A stretch of DNA of 64,000 nucleotides. Origin: Octopus sinensis (lineage: Eukaryota). Below, one piece after another: positions 11,529 to 24,501 of the stretch; position 1 is the stretch's first letter; each line of letters begins with the position of its first letter. The notes beneath the pieces were generated by a model. The model was not told the DNA's origin and did not search any database. It saw only the letters and a program-made list of their open reading frames with translations. The stretch spans positions 64,542,001 to 64,606,000 of the forward strand of contig NC_043000.1 in NCBI RefSeq assembly GCF_006345805.1. Reading direction: 5' to 3'. The translations under genes were made by a program, and so were the position numbers.

Positions 11529-11614
11529 ATAAACCGGCCTTCACCATTAATAAATATAGATTGCTCTACTTCTTAGAGTGTGTTTCTCCGGATTTATGTT
11601 TTTCTAAAAACATA

Positions 11615-11675
<61 letters not shown>

Positions 11676-11760
11676 ATGTATGTATGTATGTATGTATGTA
11701 TGTGTGCGTGTGTGTGAGTGAGTGTGTGTGTGTATGTGTGTGTATGTGTGTGTGTGTGTG

Positions 11761-11805
<45 letters not shown>

Positions 11806-12200
11806 TATACGATGGGCTCTTTCAATTCCGTCTACTAAATCTACTCACAACCCGAGGGTACAGTGGAGGACACGTGCCCAAGGAGCCACGTCGTGGGACT
11901 GAACCTGAAATCATGTGATTGGGAAAGAAACCTCTTGTAACACAGTCACTTCTGCGCCTGTTTCTTTAGAATTTGTTTTTCTATTTATTTATTTATTTAT
12001 TTATCTATCCGTTTATTGGTAAGTAGCTAAATTGTTGATTTTGACTGCTAAAGTTCTCCTAAGAATAAGAAAGAAAAAAATGATTATAACCAAGTCAAAA
12101 CATAATAGAATTAAGTTTATTTTATCAAATATAACAACATGTATTCGTAGTATTAATAACAAGGGAACTACTCCAATCTTACGACTAGCAAAAACATCAA

Positions 12201-12728
12201 TTACAGAGTCATAATTACTAAGTTCACATATAAGAGATGATATTTGACTGCCGAGATTCTCAGATTAGATAACCTCTTTTTTTGGCACATCGTTGATCTC
12301 ATAGCATTCTTAATACGAGTGAATACGCTGAAAGATTTTTCAGTCTGTGCAACTGTGACTGGTAGGCAGCAAAATAGTCGAAGTGCTATATTTACTTGTA
12401 GGAATAATACTACAATAAGTTGCAGCTCTCCAAGTTTCATCGATGATTCAGTTGGTGGATTGGCGGATTTGAAGTTAGAGAATATATGTGATTCATGTAT
12501 TGATTTCAACATGGAACATTTCATCTTTCGCATCAGCTGATTTATTGATATATATTCCCATAATTGATTGATATAGAGTTCAATTTGTTCATTTTCTTTT
12601 TCATGATATTTCCAAAGGAATACAAACTACTGAAATAAATTGCAACATTGAAGCGTCTTGAAATGATTGAAATAGTGGAGCTAAATATTCCACAAAATAC
12701 TTCCATTTCGATGGTAAGTTACTTAAGT

Positions 12729-12759
<31 letters not shown>

Positions 12760-14195
12760 GCGTTCTCAGCTTCATCAAAGAACTTTTTTTCAACGTCTGT
12801 CTCTTGTTGAAAATATCATTTGGGTTTCAATTTAATATTTTCAATTTTACCTTCACCAAGAAAAACCAGAAGAGCAAATATTACAACAGTAAATAGCTGT
12901 TAAAATTTTGTTCCAAATTAATACCATAATAATACACTCAAAGGAATTCAAATAAATTGGGATACTTCTTACGTTTTAAATTGTTTCTGAAGTTAAATTC
13001 AGGTTAAGCAAAGATATACTTGTTCGTTACATGCCAGGCATGTGAGCTGCGAAGGCGTAAAACTTTCAGCTCTCACAAAGGTTTTATGCACTGAAATTTC
13101 TTGTCAATTTCTTGGAATTTGTTATCGTTAACTTTCTAAATATATTGTAGGGATTCTGAACAGATGAAAAGAAAGAGTTTCCATTGCAACATTTAGATGC
13201 ACAAGCTCCTCCTGAATCAAGACTATAGCAGGCACAAAGAAAAATACAGAGGACTGGATTCACTTAACAAAACCATTCAGCTATCATTCATATTATTCTT
13301 GTTATCGTAGAGTAGACAAAGATTTATAGACAATGAAGTATCACGCTTTTCTTTTTAATAGCACGTTTTAATTTGGCCACATCACCGTCTTTTTGAGAAA
13401 TCAAGAAGTCTTTCTTTTACTTCAGATTGGTTAATAATTCAGTTTGTTCTGTATCTGACGAGCCAGAATTATACACGTTCTGTTAAAAAAACTTTCAAGC
13501 TTCATTGGCACAACAACTAATAAACTCATTCTGACTGAGTTTGCATTCGTTCTTTTTTAATTCAAGAAACCTTTAATTTGTTCAAATGACTATTCATAAT
13601 GACTAATCTGTTCCGAATTTCCCAAGAAATTTTCATTGTCTTTTTGTCAACAATGTGGGCCTTGTCTTTAAAAGTTGATCTTGATCTCCACAAAAGAGTG
13701 TAATATCCAGTACATTTCTTCCAAATATTTATGTCGAATAATTTGAACAAAAGGACCGTCAACAGAAGATTTATTGAAATATGATGTATCGTAATTCTAA
13801 ATTTTGCAAGTTAGCAAAACAAAGCTTGAGATGAACACTATTCCTCTTCTCTGATAACCTTTCAGTAAGATTCTTTTACTTAACATTTACTCCTGAAATA
13901 GTAGAAAGAGTACATCACCGCTGGTGTTGAAGGTTATTGATTAATTGACATGGAAAATAGAAAAGTCTTTTTTGCATCTGCTTCAAACTAGCCAGTCACG
14001 TGAATGTTTTGAAAATGTATGTACTAAATCATCTACTGGAAATTCTATTAGAAATATATATACTCCCCGTTTTATTGCTTCATTAAGCTCGGCGCTTTCT
14101 AATATTCCAAAGCCGACGTAGTCAAAAATATTATATTTATATGATTTGACGCATACATTCAGTTGGACTAGTGGTCGTTTGAGCTGTTTTTTCAT
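12201..14195 (-). mobile_element. Degenerate hAT-superfamily (ZMYM1/DUF4371-like) transposase relic
   Basis: C-terminal LRLFCCLPVTVAQTEKSFSVFTRIKNAMRSTMCQ..RLSNL fits the hAT dimerisation motif. Upstream frameshifted pieces (HSRDWLV; DNENFLGNSEQISHY; VQNPYN) fall in the expected order. Confidence 0.75.
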
Positions 14196-14246
14196 TAACC
14201 GCTGTTAGTTGAATCATAACTTTTTACAATATAGAAGTCACAACAC

Positions 14247-14767
14247 GGCGGCGAGCTAGCAGAAACGTTAGCACAGCGGGCGAAATGCGCCTTTCATCCT
14301 TTCGGGGTCGATAAATTAAGTACCAGTTACGCACTGGGGTCGATATAACCGACTTAATACCTATGTCTGTCCTTGTTTGTCCCCTCTGTGTTTAGCCCCT
14401 TGTGGGTAATAAAGAAATAGGTATTTCGTCTGCCGCTACGTTCTGAGTTCAAATTCCGCCGAGGTTGGCTTTGCCTTTCATCCTTTCGGGGTCAATTAAA
14501 TAAGTACCAGTTACGCACTGGTGTCGATGTAATCGAATTACACCGTTTGTCTGTCCTTGTTTGGCCCCTCTGTGTGTAGCCCCTTGTGGGTAGTAAAGAA
14601 ATAGGTATTTCGTCTGTCTTTGCATTCTGAATTCAAATACCGCCGAGGTCGACTTTGTCTTTCATCCTTTCAGGGTCGATAAATTAAGTAGCAGTTGCGT
14701 ATTAGGTCGATTTAATCGACTGGCCCCCTCCCCCAAAATTTCGGGCCTTGTGCCTAGAGTAGAAAAG
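14247..14767 (+). mobile_element. SINE family A trimer with a 16-bp TSD
   Basis: A-box head GGCGGCGAGCTAGCAGAA, three body units and tail II. AATATAGAAGTCACAA (14228-14243) / AATATAGAAGCCACAA (14768-14783). Confidence 0.9.
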
Positions 14768-15425
14768 AATATAGAAGCCACAATAATGTTCATGGAATCA
14801 AGGCTTGTTCAAGTTTGTTATCCTTCGGAGACTTTGATCTCAAATGAAACTTTTCTTTTCCGTTTTATTTATTTATTTTTTCCGTCGATATATGACGGTA
14901 CATTTCCAAAAACAGACAACAAACAGTTATAATTTTAATACTGATGGCTTTTGTTGACTAACTGATTACGGAAGAATGTTGTTCTCATTTATGAGCAAAT
15001 TATTAATACACAAATGAATAAGTTGTGCCGCATCATTAAGAAAGAACTATCATTTACAAAGAATAATGATTAAGAATAAATTATAATTGCGCGGTATTTT
15101 TATAGTCAATAAAGCACTTATAATAACACAGCTCACTGATTCAGTTCATAAATGTTTTAGTAATATATTTTTATAATCACTATAATATCACAATCCAGTG
15201 TTGCATACACACTCACAACTATACCACTTATAATATAAAACTATTCGCCAGTATTACTTGAAGCGAGTGAGACCGAGATTTTCAAAAAAAAGAGACCTAA
15301 TTAAAAAAAAATGATTCTTGTTTGATTATTGTAGATGAAAATGTGTGTGCATTGTATTTCGTTGTATGTATGTATGTATGTATGTATGTATGTATGTATG
15401 TATGTATGTATGGACATACGTTTGT

Positions 15426-15700
15426 GAAGGCGCGTGGCCTAGTGGTTAGAGTTGTTGCATTCACGATCGCGAAATCATAGTTTCGATTCGTTGACCAGGC
15501 AGTGTTTTGTGTTCTTGAGCAAAACAGTTCATATTTCACGCTGCTCTGCGAACACTTCGACATCTGACGAGTGATAAACCGTGCACTCGTACAGACAATG
15601 TCAATTTGATGGAAAGAGTTAACTCAGGTACAACATAGATATTTGATCCCTACAAACAAATCATCTGGGCAGATTGTTCAGCAAGAAATTGCGGAATCGT
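15426..15700 (+). mobile_element. tRNA-derived SINE-like element (family D)
   Basis: GGCGCGTGGCCTAGTGGTTAGAG (A-box), AGTTTCGATTC (B-box-like), then TTCTTGAGCAAAAC core. Single copy in the window. Confidence 0.55.
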
Positions 15701-15730
15701 CTTTCTTGGACCTGAGTGACTGCCCCAAAA

Positions 15731-15761
<31 letters not shown>

Positions 15762-15993
15762 TGTATGTATGTATGTATGTATGTGTATATGTATGTATGT
15801 ATCTACCGTAAATCCTCGATAGGATACACAAAGACGCACTCATATAATGTATCATCTATTGACATCGGCATAGCTTTTGTTTCTATTTTCCGTTATCCAT
15901 ACCGGTTTCATCTCACTTGACACCGCTCTAAGAGAAAGCAGAAACTGTTGGCTAGCAAATCAACCTGCCATACTACTATTCCTATGTGATGTA

Positions 15994-16469
15994 TACCGTA
16001 AATCCTCGAGTATAATCTGCATTTTTTTCCCAAAATTTAAAGGTCAAAATCCCTAGTGTGTACTATATACGAGATTAAAAATGAAAAATATATTCTAAAC
16101 AATGTTTATTCAGACGCATTTTGTGATGTCGGACGCGAAAATACCTTAAGCTAAGCCTGAAAGCAATGAAGTCATAAAAGAATCATCCATAATTTGAAGC
16201 AAAATTTATTAAACGTTATTACTGTTATTTTTTTATTTTCTGCAAACAAAATGCACAAAAAAGCTACACCTTTGCATTATGTTATATATACAATAATAAT
16301 AAAGGACGTTACCGTATACATTTTTACAAACCAAGGACGTTAAATAGACCTCCTTGACTCAAGTTAGAGAAGGGGTGCGTATTATACACAAGTTTTTCAG
16401 AGGCACAGCCCCCTAAAAATCCCCTGCGTATTATACTCAAGGGCGGACTATACTCAAGGATTTACGGTA
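15994..16469. mobile_element. Tc1/mariner-pogo-type MITE, TA-flanked
   Basis: TA-CCGTAAATCCTCGAGTATA ... TATACTCAAGGATTTACGG-TA. An extra TIR end lies at 15804-15819. A second family copy is at 32326-32826. Confidence 0.85.
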
Positions 16470-16498
16470 TGTATGTGGTGTGTGTGTGTGTGTGTGTG

Positions 16499-16556
<58 letters not shown>

Positions 16557-16934
16557 GTGTTTCGTGTAAGTTCTTAAATGCGTTCAAGCCAGTTGCCAAC
16601 AAAGCGACAAGACTTTTTGAGTTAAGAAAGTTCCCGGTGGTTGAGTTTGTGTATTGGTTGTGCTGTTGATGCACACATCCGAGTGTGTGCTTCTATTCAC
16701 CTAAAGAATATCAGATGAAGAATCTTTGGAATGTCTTACAAATCTTCACTGTACCATTAATAGTTTGGATTTGGGGAATCCGCGTCAGTTTGTTTTGCTC
16801 TTTCTTCGAAAAATCTAGTATTTCAAGGTTTTTGCGTAAATTTGTACGTACTTTAATGCTCCTATGATGGTAAGTACAAATGAGAATTTATAGTCGGAAT
16901 ACAAGAGCCATAAGTTCTGCATTAATTCGCTACA

Positions 16935-17066
16935 GTATGTATGTATGTGTATGTATGTATGTATGTATGTATGTATGTATGTATGTATGTATGTGTGTGT
17001 GTGTATGTATGTAGTATGTATGTATGTATGTATGTATGTATGTATGTATGTATGTATGTATAGACG

Positions 17067-17115
<49 letters not shown>
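16935..17115. repeat. (TATG)n,(CG)n,(CA)n microsatellite
   Basis: Direct reading. Confidence 0.95.
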
Positions 17116-17119
<4 letters not shown>

Positions 17120-17444
17120 AAACGAAGCAAAAATGAGCCTACAGAAATAAATCAGTGGGTGGGATGGGTGCATTGGCTTGTATTTAAAAAACATATATTC
17201 AATACATGATCAATTCTTGATTTATTGAAATTATCTGAGCTTCAAGAAAAGATAGTATAATTACTTGTTAGTAATTGGCACGAACTCCAGACGAGAAGAG
17301 GGGATAATCTAAACAATCAAAATTTCTCAAAATTAACATGCCATTTAGGAAGAGTCAGTCTGATTGTCTAGTGAGAAGAGGACAGTTGAAGGCACGTGTT
17401 TCTACCTTATTTGTCATTAACAGCAGAGCAATTACCCTACCTTA

Positions 17445-17551
17445 TGTATGTATGTATGTATGTATGTATGTATGTATGTATGTATGTATGTATATGTTTG
17501 TCTGTTGATCTATCTATCCATCCATCCATCCATCCATCCATCCATCCATCC

Positions 17552-17641
<90 letters not shown>

Positions 17642-17663
17642 ATCTATCCGACTGCCTGCCTGC

Positions 17664-17725
<62 letters not shown>

Positions 17726-17735
17726 ATCTATCTGT

Positions 17736-17787
<52 letters not shown>

Positions 17788-17880
17788 TCATTTATCTCTC
17801 TATCTGTCTGTCTATCTGTGTGTGTATGTGTGTGTGTGTGTGTATGTGCGTGTGTGTGTGCGCGCGCGCGTGTATGTTTG
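17445..17880. repeat. Compound tetranucleotide microsatellite (TATG)(TCCA)(TCTA)(TA)(TCTG)(TC)(TG)
   Basis: Direct reading. Confidence 0.95.
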
Positions 17881-18028
17881 CACTATACATAGGTTCAGGT
17901 TATTTTGAGATGCAAAAGCATAAAAGTGGCCAATACGGCTTTATATTGGGAGTTCTTGGAGTTTGATATATGTTGGCATGTACACTCAGCGCAAAGTGTG
18001 CACCGAAGACCGATCAAGCAAAACCATA

Positions 18029-18060
<32 letters not shown>

Positions 18061-18439
18061 CATGCGTGTGCGTGCGCGTGTGCATGTATGCATGTGTTCC
18101 CGTCTCACTGAACTTTTTTTTTTCCTTTCCTCTTCTTCCTATTCAAAACAAAAGAGAACTTTCAGAGATTTCTACAGTAAAGATAAGGGACCAGTGGGGA
18201 AAAAAAGTTCAAATGAAAAACAAAGACCAGTTTGTCAAAAATGAGGAAATAAAATTTTTTCTCTCAGTTCAGTCAAAAACAATGGAGAAATTGTGAGTAA
18301 TTGTTAAATGAACAATCCTCTATATTGTCAACGATGAAGTCTTTGCTCGACTTTGCCATAAATAGCAGCCAAATCTTCCTCAAATCACACCTTACGACCT
18401 TAAGTAATGGAAGGATATATTAGACTTATAGACCTAGAT

Positions 18440-18619
18440 CAATGGTTCTCAACACGACGGACTTCTTTCAGTTTCCGTCTACCAAATCCACTTACAAGGC
18501 TTTGGTCGGCCCGAGGCTATAGTAGAAGGCACTTGCCCAAGGTGCCATGCTGTGGGACTGAACCCGGAACCATGTGGTTGGTAAGCAAGCTACTTACCAC
18601 ACAGCCACTGCTGCGCCTA
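18440..18619 (-). mobile_element. SINE family B 5' half
   Basis: CTTTCAGTTTCCGTCTACCAAATCCAC..GGGACTGAACCCGGAACCATGTGG..CACAGCCACTGCTGCGCC. Confidence 0.85.
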
Positions 18620-18997
18620 ATATAATATTTAATTAATTCAAATAGCTATGAGGGCCCAGCAGAGTAAAATAGGAATCAAAAGGGATCCATATGTTAAAAA
18701 AATCGTTGAGAATCACTGTTCTAGATGAACTATCTGAAAAGAATGAAAAGCAGACGGGATGGTCAGAGCTGTTATACCTTTGCTCCTCCGTCTGCTCAAT
18801 GAGGCCTGACTTGATGTTAAACAATTATACACAAATAATAATAATAAAACAGGCATGGTTGTATGGTCATGAAAGTTACTTTGTCACTACGTGGTTTTTG
18901 GGTTGAGTCCCTCTGCGCGGCACTTTAGTCGCATATCTTCAACTAAAGTCCTGCGCCGACCAATGAATGCCTCGTGACTGAATTTGGCTGATAGAAA

Positions 18998-19062
<65 letters not shown>

Positions 19063-19384
19063 GTGTGTGTGTTTGTGTGTGTGTGTGTGTGCGCGCGCGC
19101 GCCACAAGTCTTTGGTCAGCCCAACGCTATAGTCGAACACATTTGCTCAAGTTGCCATGCAGTGGGACTGAACCCCGAAGCATGTGATTGGGAAGCAAGA
19201 AGCTACACATTTTATTAACATTTTGTAACAATTTTAATGCCTAAAATTAATATATTTTCATGACACGGTAGACTGTGTTGCATACGACATTTATTAAATT
19301 GCTCTTTTAGTGGTGTGACCTGAGGTATGCTGATCAATATCTAATAAAGCCTACGGTTAGAAAAAGTTGCCTACATCGAGTTTA

Positions 19385-19614
19385 CATTTTTTGTTTTCCG
19401 ATGTATGAGTCAACGTAGTGTATAGGATGAAGCAGTTTTTTCGGTCAAAAACATCAATATTTAAGTCTAAACTCGTTGTATAGCTCAATCATCCCCTTTC
19501 TCCCGAATAATCATCCTACCAGAGATTTTTTTTCTTCGATTTACCTTTATTATTATTATTATTACTTTAAATTTTGGTCTGAAAAATTCGACTTGTATGC
19601 CGGAAAATACGTTA
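19385..19614. mobile_element. Decayed pogo-like MITE
   Basis: Right end CGACTTGTATGCCGGAAAATACG is the reverse complement of CCGTATTTTCCGGCATACAAGTC at ~57376. The left end is a degraded match. Confidence 0.45.
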
Positions 19615-20486
19615 ATTACAATTTATTCGTTTCGAACTAAGAATTGGAAGTAACATTAGAGTCGGCCAAAATACCTTGCAGTATTCTAGCTCTTAACGTC
19701 CTGAGTTCAACTTTTTTTTTTATCCTTCTGGTATTGATAAAATGAAATTCCAGCTTAATGTGATGGTTTGGCGGAATTGTAAAAGCATTAGACAAAATAC
19801 CTTACACAGCAGAACATACGTTCTGAGTACCCAGACAGGCGTAACAAATATGTTTGTATCTTGTCGACAACTTACTGCCACGTAAGTGAAAGAAAAAAAT
19901 ATCCGAAAGAAGGCAACGGGAAACCACTTTTGTAGTCTCTAACAAAAATTCCCTGTCAAGCACGAAGCGCATACAAGGGTAAATTCGATGACCTGATGAC
20001 GCAAAAAGAACACTACACTAGTAAGTAATAAGCTACAAGTTTATAGTCATTTTAAATCAACAGCCACTTCCAGATAGAGTTTTCATCACCATCGTTTAAA
20101 CAGAGAAGGTCCGAGGATGAAACTAAATACTGTTTTCTACCTTAGAAAAACAGATACTTTGGAGAGGGTTTCAGTCGAAAAACTCGACTAATAAACCATG
20201 TCTTTTTCACTTCTCTATTCTATCTCCTTTTACTCTCTCTATCTTTCTGTCTCTCGCTCTCTCTCTCCCCCCCCTCTCTCTCTCTCTCTCGAAAAAAACA
20301 AGAAACGAAAAACAAGGGGGCTAATAATTTTCACATTAGTATCACGCTTTAAAGAAAAAGGGGAACGAAAAAAGTTTTTTTTGACGTTTCGGAGATAGAG
20401 TCATTCATCAAAAAAAGAAAGGAAAGAAAAGAGAAGAGTGGTGGAAAGGATACATACATACATACATACATACATACATACATACA

Positions 20487-20522
<36 letters not shown>

Positions 20523-20927
20523 CATACACTATTGTATACACGCATACAACTATTATGATGTTGCATATGAGTCCGATGAACTATAACCTATTAGCTGTTG
20601 AGAAACAATTACACTCAAAATTTCCGCTTGAAGAATTTACACAACTGACAAACTATAAACGAGAAAATCCTTATACAGTCACGCTACCTACTTGAAATAA
20701 TACATTTCCCTCAATTCATGCCTTATTGTACTATAAAAGGAAAAAGGAGAGGAATATTGGATAAATGCAATCCTGGATACACTATACTTTATTTTTAAAA
20801 AAAGTGAGAGGATGGTTTTAAGCACCTTTGACTGTACATACATACACACATACATACATACGTAAATACATATACACTCACACACACACACACACACACA
20901 ATACGTACATATATCTAAAGATCAAGA

Positions 20928-21330
<403 letters not shown>

Positions 21331-21750
21331 ACGGGGATGGGTTAGACAAATGAAAAATTAGGGATGTATTTATAAGTATTTCGGCAACATAAATTACAAT
21401 AGACCAAGTTATATTACAGGATATTTCTGAATGCCAATATGAAGAAATGTTTATCTTTAAGCTTGCTTTACTCATATTTCTGCCCTCGTCCTATATTGTA
21501 TTAAAAGCAAAGAAGACCTTTATTTAAGAAGTATATCTTACCTGCATATGAAAGAGAGAGGGAGGGGGGGGGAAGATGGGAGTGGGTTGCTACTCGTGAA
21601 AGATGATCTTCTTCGACCTACCTAACAGCGTTGATATAAATATACATTGCATGTAATACTCACCCAATCACCACACACACGCGTACAGACGCTCGCGTGC
21701 ACACGCGTACTGACGCGAGCACACAGCACACACACACGCATGCACAGACG

Positions 21751-21792
<42 letters not shown>

Positions 21793-22126
21793 CGTACATA
21801 CATACATAACTATGTGTGCGTTTGCGCGTGAATGTTTGCTGTCATGTGTGTGTGTACATACGTGTGTGTTTGTTGTGTGCATGCGTGTGTGTATATATAT
21901 ATGTACAGTAAAAACAAATGAGGAAAAGGGCAGAGATGTAAATGTACGCACTCACATACTCATATACACATACACGCGCGAGCACGCACATATATGTGTA
22001 TTTACATATATGTACGTGTACGTTATAAATATATTTTATATAAATGTATGAACAGAAATAAATACTTATCTCAATTCCAAGTGAGCTATTTAACTTAATC
22101 CCCTATCCTGTTTGTGTATGAACGCT

Positions 22127-22201
<75 letters not shown>

Positions 22202-22489
22202 TATATATAAGCACGTATACAATATTTAAAATAATAACAGTAGTAATGTTATAGTGTTTGCCCAAACGAAATTAGGGTTTTCGAAGCCTATTGTTGAGAA
22301 AGTGTATATGAAATAATACAGTCCATCATTTATGATAGATCGATTCCATATATATGTGTGTGCAAGAGTGTATGTATGAGTGTGTGTGTATGTATGTGTG
22401 TGTGTGTGTGTATTCTTTATTTGTGTGATCCACCAATGCGGTGTTGAGCACTCATTCCATCGTTCTACATTTATGTATGTATATGTATG

Positions 22490-22582
<93 letters not shown>

Positions 22583-22764
22583 AGAGTAAACACATAAATG
22601 CAAAACAAGGTGGAAAAAAAAGTACTCAAATACCAGGGGTAGAGTAATATGCTTTATTTAAAAGCAGCAGAAATTCAACAGGTTTTGTTGAATTTCTGCT
22701 CCTTTTAAATAAAGTATATATATATATCTGTAAATGTAATATGTGACAATTATTCAGTAGCCAT

Positions 22765-22825
22765 GATAAAACTCCGAGTTTCGGATGCCGAGGTGGAAAT
22801 CCACGCCGCTATCTCTTCAGTTATC
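22765..22825 (-). ncRNA. Type I hammerhead ribozyme motif
   Basis: Minus strand: GATAA CTGAAGA GATAGCGGCGTGGATTTCCACCTCGGCATCC GAAA CTCGGAG TT TTATC. Confidence 0.65.
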
Positions 22826-22927
22826 CGACCATCGGAGAAAATGCTCACACCGCCATCTCTTTAGTTATCCGGCCATCGTTGAAAATGCTAAGGAAAAATT
22901 TTTTCATAGCATTTTCACCGATAGTCG

Positions 22928-22988
22928 GATAACTGAAGAGATGGCGGCGTAGATTTCCACCACGGCATCCGAAACTTGGAGTTTTATC
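22928..22988 (+). ncRNA. Type I hammerhead ribozyme motif
   Basis: GATAA CTGAAGA GATGGCGGCGTAGATTTCCACCACGGCATCC GAAA CTTGGAG TT TTATC. Helix I GATAA/TTATC extends past a bulged A (AGTCG/TGGCT). Helix III is ACT/AGT. Confidence 0.7.
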
Positions 22989-23098
22989 ATGGCTACCAAA
23001 TAATTGTCACATATTATATTTACAGATAAATTCCTCTATTTACATAACATCGAGGTTCTTTCATTCTTTTGTTGTCTTACCATTTATATCAATATCAA

Positions 23099-23137
<39 letters not shown>

Positions 23138-23142
<5 letters not shown>

Positions 23143-24386
23143 TAAAAAGTTAGTAACGTTTTGAAACATGAAATTCATCACAACATATTTCAACAATGCA
23201 GAAATTTTATTCATCAAAGTAATTACCATTACAATTAACACATTTTTGCCAACGAGTTACAAATTTGTTTATTCTGGTAACATAAAAATCTGGAGTTTTG
23301 GAGCTGACGAACTCTTCAGCATCGGTTTGATTCTTGAACTCTTTCTCTCGCAGGAAAACGTGGTAGTCAGTAGGAGAAAGGTCTGGGGATTTAGCTGGGT
23401 GGGGAAGAACTTCGTAGCCAAGTTCCCTCAACTTCAGAGCGTCGTTAGTGAAACGTGTGATCAAGCATTGTCATGAAGACTGATTGGCCCTCTTCTGTTG
23501 ACCAGTCTGGGGCGGAGGAGTAGCAGTTTTTCGTTCATTTTGGAAATTTCATGGCAATATATTTTCCTGAAGCAATAGTTTTTCCGGGTGTTAAGAAGTT
23601 ATAGTGGATGAGTCCAGCAGTACACCACCAAACTTGCACCATAAACTTCTTTTTCAAGAGCTCGGGTTTAGGGAAGGTTTTCGGTGCTTCATTTTGGTGC
23701 AACCACTGCGAAAAACGTTTTTTTTATTATTGTACAGAATCGTCTCTTCCTCGCAAGTTACAATACGGTCGAGAAATGGATCGGCCTGGTTACGGAGAAG
23801 AAGCGACGAGCAAATTTCATATCTGCGTATTTTCTGATTTTCATTTAAATCATGTGCTACCCATTTGTCGATTTTTGTTTTAATTTTCCGATTGCATGCA
23901 AATGGTTGCAGGTAGTTTTCTGGTTAACTTGAAGTTCTTTTGTCAGTTCTCGTGAGGTTTTATGTGGATCTTTCTCAATAACGGTCTTTAATTGACTGTC
24001 ATCTTTGACAGATGGGCGTCCACTACGCTCAAGGCTCAAGTCTCCACTGCAAAATCGTTTAAGCCATTTTCAAGCTGACCACTCACTGGTAATTTCCTCA
24101 CCAAACGTTTCGTTGATATTGCGAGCAGTTTCAGCTGCTTTACGTCCTTTTCTGAAGTTGAACAGCAAAATTGCCCGAATATCGCGCTTTGATAGTTCAA
24201 TTCCAGATGATAGTAAAAACGGTGAAAAAAATATCAATGTTAATTCATTGAATGCATTTGGGCAAGTCTATGTCTGTATTATCAGATAATTGCAAAAAGA
24301 GGTTTAAAAAAATTCAGAACTCTAAAAAAATCCGGTACAAATTCTTCATGGTTCAAAATGTTGCTTACTTTTTACTGCACCTGATA
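23138..24386 (-). mobile_element. Near full-length degenerate mariner element
   Basis: TIRs (AGTAAAAAGTTAGTAACGTTTTGAAACATGAA / TTCATGGTTCAAAATGTTGCTTACTTTTTACT). Peptides LSKRDIRAILLFNFRKGRKAAETARNINETFG, RSGRP, HPAKSPDLSPTDYHVF, RWQKCVNCNGNYFDE, with stops and frameshifts. Confidence 0.9.
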
Positions 24387-24396
24387 CACACATACA

Positions 24397-24463
<67 letters not shown>

Positions 24464-24501
24464 TTTGTATATATGTAGGCATGTAATATATGTATTCTTT
24501 A

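Larger units (their letters stand above)
11343..11551. mobile_element. ~210-bp palindromic element whose arms each contain a hammerhead motif (Penelope pseudo-LTR-like)
   Basis: ~74-80-bp arms, GTGAAGGCCGGTTTATAGGGTTACCC... / ...GGGTAACCCTATAAACCGGCCTTCAC, with a ~45-bp spacer. Confidence 0.75.
10975..11960 (-). mobile_element. SINE family B with expanded central microsatellite hosting the 11343-11551 palindrome
   Basis: Tail 10975-11180, (TATG)n/(TG)n centre, head 11810-11960. Confidence 0.75.
22581..23085. mobile_element. Composite foldback in (TA)n: 29-bp hairpin plus 120-bp inverted arms with hammerheads (Penelope pseudo-LTR-like)
   Basis: Hairpin 22652-22680 / 22686-22714 has 1 mismatch. 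Arms 22726-22845 / 22908-23027. A partial third arm copy sits in the spacer. Confidence 0.75.

Noticed and set aside
14247-14470. tRNA-like A/B boxes as possible tRNA genes
   Set aside because: They belong to multi-copy SINE heads with no complete cloverleaf.
16560-16920. Coding-like minus-strand stretch (KLTRIPQIQTINGTVKICKTF), possibly a Penelope ORF remnant
   Set aside because: Short, contains stops, and has no diagnostic motif I can support.
20085-20195. CCGAGGA..TGAAAC/GTTTCA..CGAAA hammerhead-like pattern
   Set aside because: The core deviates and there is no helix I or III pairing.
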